Of a stretch of DNA of 64,000 bases, positions 52,958 through 64,000 are shown piece after piece. Numbering within the stretch: the first letter of the stretch is position 1; each line of letters opens with the position of its first letter. The notes beneath the pieces are model-generated. The model was not told the DNA's origin and searched no databases. It worked only from the letters and a program-made list of their open reading frames with translations. The stretch covers positions 310,000,001 through 310,064,000 of the forward strand of contig OZ024740.1 in assembly GCA_964016885.1 (NCBI GenBank), written 5' to 3'. The position numbers and the translations under genes were made by a program. Origin of the DNA: Eledone cirrhosa. Its lineage: Eukaryota.

Positions 52958-53182
52958 GAATTTGAACAGAAAAAAAACAACAAAAAAGATAATTGTCTCT
53001 ACTTTAGGCACAAGGCGAGCAATTACCCTGTGCATTACTGGTACTTTATTTTATCGACCCCGTAAGGATGAAAGCCAAAATCAAACAAAAAAGATAATGA
53101 TGGAATAAAGTTTACCTCTGTTATTTCGATTTTTGTACATGCCCAGGGTTGAAGTATGGTGTTGTTTTCTCAATGCACTAGT

Positions 53183-53268
<86 letters not shown>

Positions 53269-54517
53269 CAGTTTATGGACGGCCTTTGAGGACAGATTTA
53301 TGGTTTAAAAAAAAAGGCTTATATAATAACAGAAAAAAAACTGTATTCTTATAAAAATAACATAAACATAAAGCTATATTATCAATTTAATAATTTCATT
53401 CAATAAAACCACCATAAACATCAATAACTGCCTCTACACAGTGTCGAAATCGTTTACAAGCTCGGATTGAGTGGTCCTTGTTCATATCGGATAGACTCGA
53501 ACTATTGCGGCTTTCAAAGAATCTTTGGTGCTATGGGGGTTTTCATTGACATTTTTCTCAACAGTGCTCCATACATAGTAGTCCAGTGGATTGAGATCTG
53601 GAGAATTAGGAGGCCAAAATGTTGGGAGTGATGTGATCATGCAAATTGTCAGCCATCCATCATTGTGTTATTTGAGCCTTGTGTGATGGTGCAAAATCTC
53701 GTTGAAAGACATAATGCCTTCCATTGCATACACTGTTGATCCAAGGTTTAACAACTTTATCCAGAACCTCCAGAACGCAGCAGCATTCACCCTAAGGCCT
53801 TGTGGAAAAAAGTGAGGAGGCATCACATGTACTTCATTTCCAACAACACCAAAAACCATGACACTTGCAGGAAATTTTGGGTACATTACTCTTGGAACCT
53901 CAGAAGGGTCTGCACATAGCCACCTGTAATTTCTTCTGTTAGTTTTCTGGTGCTGGTCAAAGTTTTTCTCATCTGAGAAAAACCAAATCACATCATCATC
54001 TGAGGGATTTTTAAGTTTGTTCAAAAGTCTTTTGGACCAGATTAAACGGTTTTCTTTTGTTTTTTCTGACATGAATTGACCTCTCCTCATCACGTAAGAT
54101 TTATATCTGATGTCTTCATGCACACTATTTCTGATTGTTTTTTCTGACACACCAACATTGTTTCCAATTGACCTCATTGATTTTCCTGAATTGTCTTCGA
54201 TGTTTTGATTAACTTCTGATACAATCAGAGCATTTGGAATGTTTTTTTTTGCATTTTGATACAGGTAATACGCTCCCATGTTCTTTCTCTAACTCACACC
54301 GAATCTTGTGGACATAAGATCATGCAACTTCAGAAAACGAGACATTTCTAACTCACCATGCTTAGCCTTCAAAGCCACAATCACAACATGCCTTTTCATG
54401 TCATTAGTAAGAATAGATTTTTTCATTGTCATTTTCTGAAATAGAAGTTCAATAAAAATTAGTCAAATAAAATAATGACTAAAAATGCATGTGTGCTCAA
54501 ATACCGTCCGCACCCTG
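53269..54517 (-). mobile_element. Tc1/mariner DD37D (maT)-like transposon, decayed
   Basis: Imperfect ~27-bp TIRs (CAG..GGACGG..TTTGAG.ACA) with TA flanks. Transposase motifs FSDEKNF, KFPASVMVFG and WPPNSPDLNPLDY, with frameshifts. Confidence 0.85.
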
Positions 54518-54521
54518 TATA

Positions 54522-54772
54522 TATAAACGTTTGTAGTTGTAAGGTCAAGACAATGCAGGTATGGATGTAGAATATAAATGGAAATGCAAAAGATATTATT
54601 GACAATTAGTGTTTTACCTTAAATTTATTTAAATATCCTAAAATTTATTTAAGTAGGATATTTAAATAAATTTAAGGTAAAAGACTAATTGTCAACAATA
54701 CCTTTTGCATTTGCATTCATACTTTATATCCATACCTGCCTTGTCTTGGCCTTACAACTACAAACGTTTATA
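54522..54772. repeat. Imperfect inverted repeat, ~119-bp arms with a 13-nt loop
   Basis: tataaacgtttgtagttgtaagg...tatccta / taggata...ccttacaactacaaacgtttata. Confidence 0.9.
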
Positions 54773-54980
54773 GCTCATTACACAATGCTTCAAGTGAACT
54801 ATAACTTCCTCCTATATATATATATATATATATATAGTTTTAATATAGATGAGATTCTACATGACTAGAACTGTTTCATTCTTGACAAATAATCAGGAAT
54901 CTATATGAAAACTGTTATACTCTGCTATGTATTGAGTACCTTACTTACTGTGGTTACCTCCGATTCAACCCGGTATAACT

Positions 54981-55028
<48 letters not shown>

Positions 55029-55091
55029 ATATATATATGGTAGATATATATATATATATGTGTGTTTGTGTATATATATATATATATACAC

Positions 55092-55122
<31 letters not shown>

Positions 55123-55880
55123 AAATTATAAATGTAAGCTATCGCCGTATTTTGACTAAAGAAATTAAAGAAAATTATTTAGCCTGATAGTGGAGTTAAG
55201 AACCCTCGGATAAATTGAAAAAGATGAGTATTGACGTACATGTGAGTTGAACCCACATCTTTGGTTATCCGAATCACTGTGCTACCATTACACCAACACA
55301 CCAGCCGTCATTTCCCATTCGAATTAGAAGCTATAATCATAGCAACTGTAAATGTCAAGTAAGAATATTTTCGAAACAGCGAGCGAGTTATGAAATTATA
55401 AATGTAAGCTATCGCCGTATTTTGACTAAAGAAATTAAAGAAAATTATATAGCCTGATAAGAACCCTCGGATAAATGGAAAAGATTAGTATTGACGTACA
55501 TGGGAGTCGAACCCACATCTTTGGTTATCCGGACCACTGTGATACCATTACACCAACACATCACCCGGCTTTTCCATTAGAATTAGAAGCTATAATCTTA
55601 GCAACTGTAAATGTCAAGTAAGAATATTTTCGAAACAGATTATAGCTTCTAATTCGAATGGAAAAAGACGGGTGATGTGTTGATGTAATGGTAGCACAGT
55701 GGTCCGGATAACCAAAGATGTGGGTTCGACTCCCATGTACGTCAATACTAATCTTTTCCATTTATCCGAGGGTTCTTATCAGGCTAAATAATTTTCTTTA
55801 ATTTCTTTAGTCAAAATACGGCGATAGCTTACATTTTTAATTTCAAAACTCGCTCGCTGTTTCGAAAATATTCTTACATG
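55123..55880. repeat. ~270-bp unit: two tandem copies plus one permuted inverted copy, each with a tRNA-like module
   Basis: Units start at 55123 and 55393. Bases 55638-55880 are the reverse complement of about 55355-55597. TA tracts on both sides. Confidence 0.9.
55674..55745 (+). pseudogene. tRNA-like cloverleaf within a repeat
   Basis: Acceptor gatgtgt/gtacgtc, D arm with aatggta loop, tggt-ccggata-acca arm and T arm gtggg-ttcgact-cccat. Lacks U33. Confidence 0.6.
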
Positions 55881-55936
55881 ATATATATATATATATATAT
55901 ATATAAAAGAATAGAGGTGTAACACACAAGTTATGA

Positions 55937-56214
55937 TATATTGGTAAACGGAAAAAAATGCTGACAAATTGTTTACAGTGAAAAATAGTTTAATTAGGAA
56001 TAAGTGAGAATTAGTAATAGTATTGGTTAGAGCAAACATCACGGACGCTCTATCTCAAAATTATTTTTGAAAAGCATTAAAAATGCGTAACCGGTAAAAC
56101 TTAAAACCAAAACTGAATACTAACCAATACTATCACTAATTCTCACTTATTCCTAATTAAACTATTTTTTACTGTGAACAATTTGTCAGCATTTTCTTTT
56201 CCGTTTGCCAATAT
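55937..56214. repeat. Inverted repeat, ~93-bp arms (single-arm relative at 51343-51460)
   Basis: atattggtaaacggaa...gtattggttag / ctaaccaatac...ttccgtttgccaatat. Confidence 0.9.
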
Positions 56215-56233
56215 ATATATCTATATATACATA

Positions 56234-56547
56234 TTTGTGTATATGTGTGCATATGAGTGTGTGCATGTGTATGGATATGTGTCGTGGTCTCTATCCCTTT
56301 CTTTCTTTCTTTCTTTCTCTCCCCCTCTCTCTCTCTCGTTGTGTATATATATATATGCATATATATAAATATATACATATATATATATACACATATATAT
56401 ATGTATATATTTATATATATGCATATATATATACACAACGAGAGAGAGAGAGGGGGAGAGAAAGAAAGAAAGAAAGAAAGAAAGGGATAGAGACCACGAC
56501 ACATATCCATACACATGCACACACTCATATGCACACATATACACAAA
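56234..56547. repeat. ~314-bp palindrome of compound microsatellite DNA
   Basis: Unique bits such as gtgtcgtggtctctatccc / gggatagagaccacgacac are mirrored. Centre is in a TA-rich tract. Confidence 0.93.
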
Positions 56548-58723
56548 CCCTATATATTTATAGATAGATTATTGGAGAGAGATTGAGAGAAACCTCATAT
56601 ATTTTTATATTCTAGTTCCCACTTGATCTAAGCATTCTACAGATGGAATTAATTGACAACGTAATCCCCAATTCTGTTTTTGTTTATATCTCATTCTATA
56701 GTGAAATATCTTTTCAGACTCTATATTGAAAGAAGCTTCCTTCCCATTATATTCTGCTGCAGCCATCTTTGTGCGTGCTGTAAAGAACGATTTCGAGCAA
56801 ATCATATTTTTAAAATGAAATAAATCGTATTAATTACATGTTTGACATAGAAGTCCAGATGCATTTTAAGGAAAGCCACACTAAATATAGAACCATGTAA
56901 TTCCACTAAAACTCAGAACTATTTCATTTTTGTAAATGTTTGCTAGCAGAAGACTGATTGTCAATGAATATTTCCATCTTACGATCTATCTCTCTTCGTT
57001 TACAAAAATAGAGAATTTTAGAATACATTTCTTATAACTTTCCTATTCTTGTTTGCATATTACTAACACTAATAGTCATATGTATTTCAATATACATCGA
57101 AACTATTATGAGACTATTCATTTTCCTAGATTTGTTTTTTGATGATGTAAAATATAAACACGTATAACTACGAGGAATATAAGCATATTTTTGTAAATAT
57201 ATATTGTATATTCAATCACCCAGTTTTGAGTAAATACATCAACAAAAAATAGTAAAGCAAAATCAGGTCATAAGTTTAAATCGAACGTTACCCCGATATT
57301 TATACTTAAAAGTACATGTAATAGTTACATTCAAGGTCGACGTTATGTTTAAGGCCAGGTAGGCAGCCATTAAGAGTGCATATCTCTGAGAAGGATTACG
57401 GTTTCATATAAAGTTTTATAACTATCTTCAGTGTATAATAAATTTCTGCGATCAATAAATACATCGATAAATATGTGCTGCATAATGTCGTCAGATTGCC
57501 AAACTGTTACTTAAATTGATTCTATGTGTGAGAAAGAGGATCCTCACTTGGAGAGGAGACCACATATTACAGAGCTAGCCAAAACCGCTAAATACGTAGC
57601 CGCTGGCCCTGGTTCCAATCAAACTTTTTGAGCTTGGAAATAACGAGTTCTAATGTGAGAGGGAGAAATGTAGTCAATCCCCAAATTTCTAATTAGGCTT
57701 TTTGTTAATCTCCTTCTTGGCTATCATCAAACCTATCTATCAAATGGTGCATTTTGGGATATCCCGTCTACTTTTCCACTTCGTGTAGCCAATAATATAT
57801 AATTGTTTCTACTTTTGGCACAAGGCCAGCAATTATCCCAGTACTTTATTTTATCGACCCCATAAGGATGAAAGGTAAAGTGTAACTCGGCGGGATTTGA
57901 ACTCAGACTGTAAAGAGACGTAACTATGCTGGAAAGCATGGCGTCCGACCCTCTACCGATACTGCCAATTCACCAATGCAACATGTACAGTTTGATAAGG
58001 CATGGTGTGATTTAAGGAAGATTTAACATTTTTTTCCTGAAATCACAGAGATGCGCTATCTTTGGTCTCATATATGTAAAATAACTTTTGGCATACTACT
58101 CTGCAGTGAGCAGCATGAGCTTTCATAAGTTTATACAGTGCTAATATATGACTTGTTTAGTAGTATATTGTACTAATGTTTCTTTCTTTATTTTTAGTAA
58201 GCACATAAATTAACCATTTCAGCCATACTATCTAAAGGTATTCGATGTGGTGAATTTAATGATATATCCTACTTAATAACTAAAAGTACAGTATAATGAA
58301 CTCACATCTCATCTATTGGTAACTGACAAAAACTGATGTATGCCACAAGTAAAAATATACAAGCACAGCAGTAAAAAGAAACAGTAATTTCAAATATGGC
58401 AACAAATATAAAGAAAATCACACCTGCGGCACCAAGCGGTTTTGGGTTGTGTTCTGCATTGCTGACTATACATATATCTATAAATATTAATCATAAACAT
58501 GGACGAGGTGTCAAATTTTCATTGAGTTTATTCCGGTGTTTCACGATTGATCACCTCAAGGTTTGGTCTGTATCGACTCTGGAATCAAAAGCTCATTATA
58601 CGTATTATTAATATTATACAAAAAATTAATATTATACAACCCACGAGACCATATTGAAAACTATGCATCGAGTGCTCACTATAAACCAATAGTGACTTTG
58701 CGTTACAATCCCTAAACTATATG

Positions 58724-58809
<86 letters not shown>

Positions 58810-59165
58810 TGGGTGGGTGTGTGGGTGTGGGTGTGTGTGTGTGTGTTGTGTGTGTGTGAGTGTGTGTGTATGTGCGCGTACATGTAAAATATGTCTGTTA
58901 TAAATATATTAAGATTGGTAATAATTTTTTTCTAATACTACACACAGCATCCGGTAGTTTATGTGCATGGAAATGGTAATTTGCGTTTACATTTTATCAA
59001 ATTAATTGACATCTACCCTAGGGATACGTTTATCTGCAATACATACATCATTAACAAAATCGTGAGGAAAAATCTCTTTCTATTGAATATTTATGCATAT
59101 CTCTAACTCCATCTCTTTATGCCTATCTATTCGTATTCACATATTCATCAATATATATATATATA

Positions 59166-59738
59166 TAAATGTAATCTGAGTTTTTCGAATATTAATAATA
59201 ACATTCGATTCGTTTGCAACTATGCAAACAAGCCTCATTTTTATAGCCATGTCAGTAGAATGAACTCTTCATTCTTGCTCTGGTGTTGGCATGTAAACAG
59301 AACTGCAGACACTAATATTTCTGGATATCACTCTTCATCAGTACAGCTCACTGTTCACCTGCCAACTGCCAGAGCTAGTGAAAATATATGCTATTTTCTA
59401 AAATATACAGTGACTGATCGGCCTGATTTGCATATTTGGAGACTGGCTGATCAGTCAGATCTGCATATTAGCAGATCCACTGATCAGCCAGATTTGCATA
59501 TCAGCTGACTGGCCAGTCAGTTTCCTGTTCACGAGCGATAAATGGCCGGCCTTGCAACATTCAAATAAAAAAAGAAAATGTTCGCTCTACATGCCTGAAT
59601 ACAATAAATGTAATCTGAGTTTTTCGAATATTAATAATAACATTCGATTCGTTTGCAATTATGCAAACAAGCCTAATTTGTATAGCCATGTCAGTAGAAT
59701 GAATTGTTGATTCTTGCTCTTGTGTTGGCATGTAAACA
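59166..59738 (+). repeat. ~135-bp direct repeats flanking a ~33-bp tandem array
   Basis: 59166-59300 matches 59605-59738. About three copies of ctgatcagccagatttgcatat at 59414-59520. Confidence 0.85.
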
Positions 59739-59898
59739 TGCCACTCTTGTAACACTTGTGTTGGCATGTAACACTCTTGCGATCTCATTCTCTGTTCCAT
59801 CTATGACAATCTCTTCTTCTGTGCAAAATTATAATTATACCATCGTAAGATAGCTTGTTCACGCTCGTATATACTTACACACACACACACACATATGG

Positions 59899-59943
<45 letters not shown>

Positions 59944-60229
59944 CGCGAGTGTGTACGTACAAAAGATGGTGTAATCATTCTTACACGTAGGGCATTCGCG
60001 GGTTTGAGAAAGTAGCAGAATTGTGGCTGGAGTGAATAAATCCACCAAAAACAGCAATACAGTGATAGGTAAGATAAAGAACCACAATGTATAGTCCTTC
60101 ACGCAGATTAACAAGGGACGCATTCAGGCTTTACGTAGAGGGGCCAGACGAAAGATAAATTTCAGTCACCATTTCATGCCTTAAAAAACTGACGATGGGA
60201 TGGATGAACAAAATGCATATCCCAAGACC

Positions 60230-62311
60230 GTGGAAGAGAGCAACGCTTGACAGTTGGAACCTGCAACATCATGTTTTATGAGGGTAGATTTGCCTCTTGA
60301 AGTTTAGGCTGAATGATATGTCTGAAATCTGATCCGTCCTTGATGAAGTCACAGTAGCGTTAGATGTAGGTAAGACTGAGTCATATTTCAGCGTCAGCTG
60401 TTAAATGTTGTTAACGGTTCAGCTGTTAAATGCTGCAATTGAAAGATGCTTGGTGTTGAGCCGGATGACAAGAGGACCCCTTGGTTAAATCAAGAGGTCA
60501 AAGATGCAACCCGAGCAAAGAATGAGGCCATCAAAGCTTGGCTTGGAAATACGTCCCCCTTCTTGCACTTGCGGTAAACGTAGGCACGAGGAATCGCAGC
60601 AGAGGCATAAAGACATCGAAAGATAACACATAGGAAGACTTTAGGATTAAGCTGTAATCTGACTTCAGATCAGCAAATAAAATGTTCTGCCTGACCATCC
60701 GCTGACATCACAGGAATTCCTCACCTACGCCTGCTTTCAGGAATTGTCTGGGGATCTCCTCTCTTCAGAGAGGTGTGTCCTCGCAAAGTGGAGAGACTAA
60801 TTTGCTGATATAAACCAGATCACAGCAGCATCTTCTGATATGCACGTGGTGAATCTGGGAGCAATGACTAATCACTCTGAGACTGAGGACACAAGTGTAA
60901 TTAAGGAGTTCAAAGGTGGAAAGACTGCTGGGTAAGATAAAATTCAGCCCGAGACATCAAAAGCCTTAAATATAAAAGGTATTTTATAGCTGAATCATGT
61001 GTGCCTTGTGGACTCGATCTCTGGAAAGTCACCTAAGTAAAGGCAGACTGGAATGATAATCCCAATTTTCAAAAAGGGAGACAAGACAGATTGTTCCAGT
61101 TACAGATGTATATACTTGTTAAGCCTCCCCGGTAAAGTCTATGGTAAGGGATGCAGGGAGATTGTCGAAACCAAGCTAACTGATGAAGAGAGCGGCTTTC
61201 GCCCCTGACGCAGCAGAGCCGTCCAAATACTCACAATGCGGCAGGTATTTGGGAAAGGTATTTTGCCATGATGTGTATTCTTTTTCCATGGGACCTGTTC
61301 TGGAAGGATCTGCAGGAGTATGAGATCGATAGTCAGCTTTTTGTTTCCTTGATTTCTCTATACGAATGCCCGAGTTATTGGTTTCGAATAAGTGGTGCTA
61401 AATCGAAACAATTCAACGTGACAGTTGGAATCCGTTCATTATTTTCATAAACGGGTTGGAAGTAGTATTACAACTGGCAAGTAGAATGAGTCGGCTGGAA
61501 TTTGGAGGCGACATGGTATCATTTAACTCGACAGAAGGTTATCTCTGACATGCACTTACTAGGTTTGATGCCAAGTGCTGCATAGCTGGAATGAAAATCA
61601 ATGCTGCAAAAACTGAGACACTCGTCCTCTCATGGAAGTCTGCGCAGTACATTCTACATGCGGATAGAGTTCCATTGAACCAGTGGAAGAAGTTCAAGTA
61701 TCTCGGGGCCGTATTCACGATTGTTGGAATGCAGGAGGCCGGATTAAGTGCAAGAACTGCAGAAGCTGCTGCAGTAATGCCCCAGTGTCAGCATTCGGTA
61801 ATCTGAAGTAGGTTTAAAAGCTAAACTCGCTATATTCAATTCGGTATTCGAACCAACATTTAACCATAGTCATGAATTGGATATAGCCGGAATAATACCA
61901 TCGAGAATACAACGGCAGAAATGGGGTCACTCCGAAAGGTCTTCGGAGTGACGTTACTCGATAGAGTGCGTAGGTCGAAGATCAGAGAGTCGCTCCAGGT
62001 AGATCCGCTACTTCCCCAAATTGAGATATCACAACTCCGGTACTATGGACATGTGGTTAGAATGACTCAGGAAAGAATCGCTGGATAGATTTTACGAGCA
62101 AAACCAACTGACAGGGGACGCAGGAGTAGACACAGACCAAGATGTTCAGATAATATCCATGATCTTGGCCGGTCAAACCTGGGGATCAGAGCTGAATCAG
62201 TCGGAAACTGTTGATTCTGCCAGAATCCACTTGAAGGGGTGTTTAACGATTCTAAGCCCACAAACAACCCTCTCAGGAATAATTGGGCGGCAAAGAAGAA
62301 AGAAGAAGAAG
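60230..62311 (+). mobile_element. Decayed RTE-clade LINE with a (GAA)n tail
   Basis: Remnants LTVGTCNI, WQTG-like/IIPIFKKGD, LLSLPGKVY, MKINAAKTE...FKYLG and LRYYGHVVRM. Tail aagaagaaagaagaagaag. Confidence 0.8.
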
Positions 62312-62369
62312 GTGCATGTAGAGTCATAGATGGAAGAGAGAATGCGAGAGAGAGAGAGAGGGAGAGAGA

Positions 62370-62460
<91 letters not shown>

Positions 62461-62490
62461 GAATATATATATATATACTGTATATATATA

Positions 62491-64000
62491 TTAGCAGAGG
62501 TACCCGGCGTTTCCCGGTATAACTCTCAATGGAGTAGTTGCTCAAATGAACCGAAAGACTTCCGTTAAACACGACTATAGAAGTAACAATTTATAGCTGT
62601 TTCCCCTAAAGATGGCCTTTGAACGTTCACTTTGAAATATCTCTGCGGCGATGCTGCCAGTAAAGACGAATCCGATGGTAACAATTTGAATTTGGTGGCC
62701 CTGAAGAGGAACTTTTAACGTTCACTTTGAAATATCTCAGCAGCGGTGCTGCCAGCAAAGATGAATCCGATGGTAACAATTTAAACTTGGTGGCCATGAA
62801 GAGGACCTTGGATCGTTCTCTCTTAAAAGTCTCAGCGACAGAGCTGTCAGCAAAGACGACTCCGATTAGAGGTGCTGGCCCTTAAGAAGTCCTTCACACC
62901 ACTTTGGTGTGTCGAATTTGCTTTGCTTGCTATTTGAAATTGTAACCTAGAAAAGCATGTAACAGTCGGTGGCCACAAAAACGACCTTGGCAAGATCACG
63001 CTGGATTGTCAAAAACATGTGTAAATAAGATGTAGGGAAAAGTAGATTAATTAGGTTAAAACTACTGAACATCGAGAGCAAAGCGTAATAGCAACATATA
63101 AATGCGGAAAAAGGAGACATTGAACATTTATAATGTATAGCAAAAGCAACCTCAGAGGCGTACGTGGTATTTTAAAAAGGACAAGAATAGCACACGGATA
63201 CCGCAAATGTAAACACTTATACAAAATAAAAAAAAAACAGCGTTTACCTGTTGGCGGATGGGGTGCCTACAAAAACTTCCTTATAGACTATATGTAGGGT
63301 TTTCTTGCGAGCTGCAAAAGCAAATAGGTTATGTCGGCTCCCCACTTGACAGCAGCCAACGCAGTTGACCATGGGGGGAGCACGGTTCTTCTAAATTAAG
63401 CCCTACGACCGTCAGCGTCTGACCCTGTGATTTGTTAATCGACATGGCGAAACTGAGTCGAAGAGGGAATTGCAGCCTTCTGAATGTGAAAGGAATTTCT
63501 TTACCGGATGGAATGAGAGGTATCCTTGGTATGAAGACAGTATCCCCCTTACCACATACTGTAAGTATTGTTGCCTCAATAACATGAGGCATCGCCTTTT
63601 GGATAACCAGACGCGTGCCGTTGGAAAGCCTTCGGGGTTCAACATTTCTGCGGAGCATGACAGGGGCACCTTTCTTAAGTCGCAGTAAGTGTGGTAGCAA
63701 TCCGGGAGGGTCTACGGAGTTAAGAAATTATGTGGGGTAATTAACAACTTCGTCCGGATCAGCCATAGAGTCAAGGGACTTGTAGATGTGCAGGTTTCCA
63801 AGCAAGCACAGCATGAGCTGTTCATTGATGCTTCCAACTATGTGGTTTTTCGGAGCCAATATTGCGCGTTCACACAACCACTCTTGATTTGTGTAGTTCT
63901 CCTCAAGATTAGAAATAACAGACGTCCGTAACTCAGCAATTGACTTAACGCATCTGCAAATCCCTGTGAGGTCCGCTGTACCATCTCAGTCGAGTGGGAC
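62491..64000 (-). mobile_element. Helitron 3' portion (continues past the window end)
   Basis: PIF1-like helicase C-terminus, a GC hairpin at 62501-62519 and a terminal CTAA (CTRR) followed by T on the minus strand. ~95-bp tandem repeats at 62622-62890. Confidence 0.85.
63300..64000 (-). pseudogene. Helitron RepHel PIF1-like helicase, C-terminal part, disrupted
   Basis: LKKGAPVML.RN, NGTRL, IPRIPLIPS, FRRLQFPLRLSFAMSINKSQGQTL and HGQL. Confidence 0.88.

Noticed and set aside
55674-55745. Functional tRNA gene
   Set aside because: It lacks U33, has several G-U or mismatched pairs, and differs among its three copies, so it is treated as a repeat-borne tRNA-like module.
62622-62890. CRISPR-like or spacer array (also 3161-3246 and 59414-59520)
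   Set aside because: These are plain tandem repeats without unique spacers, in a eukaryotic context with no cas genes.

Overview
This is AT-rich eukaryotic DNA, dense in microsatellites and transposons. The SINE family suggests an octopod cephalopod, but that is an inference. No intact host gene is evident. (1) From 4.4 to 37.6 kb are two arrays of non-LTR retroelements, each element separated from the next by an (AAT)n/(ATT)n tract. They hold three end-to-end copies of a Tx1/L1-clade LINE (APE endonuclease), two R4/Dong families (restriction-like endonuclease), older relatives of both, and tRNA-derived SINEs. Polarity is strict: Dong lies in the AAT sense, while Tx1 and the SINE lie in the ATT sense. 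The SINE 3' end resembles the Tx1 3' end. The Tx1 element has an unusual four-ORF layout, with a possible 52-nt intron that would fuse the third ORF to ORF2. (2) At (TA)n tracts, mostly from 39 to 57 kb, are Penelope-like (PLE) remnants, several minimal type I hammerhead ribozymes and many fold-back palindromes. One is a 352-bp loop-less palindrome with a hammerhead fold in each arm. Another is a tandem-plus-inverted repeat containing a full tRNA-like cloverleaf. (3) Decayed elements include a DD37D mariner with TIRs, a hAT-like transposase, RTE and CRE fragments, and the 3' part of a Helitron. All calls come from reading motifs by eye; no searches were run.
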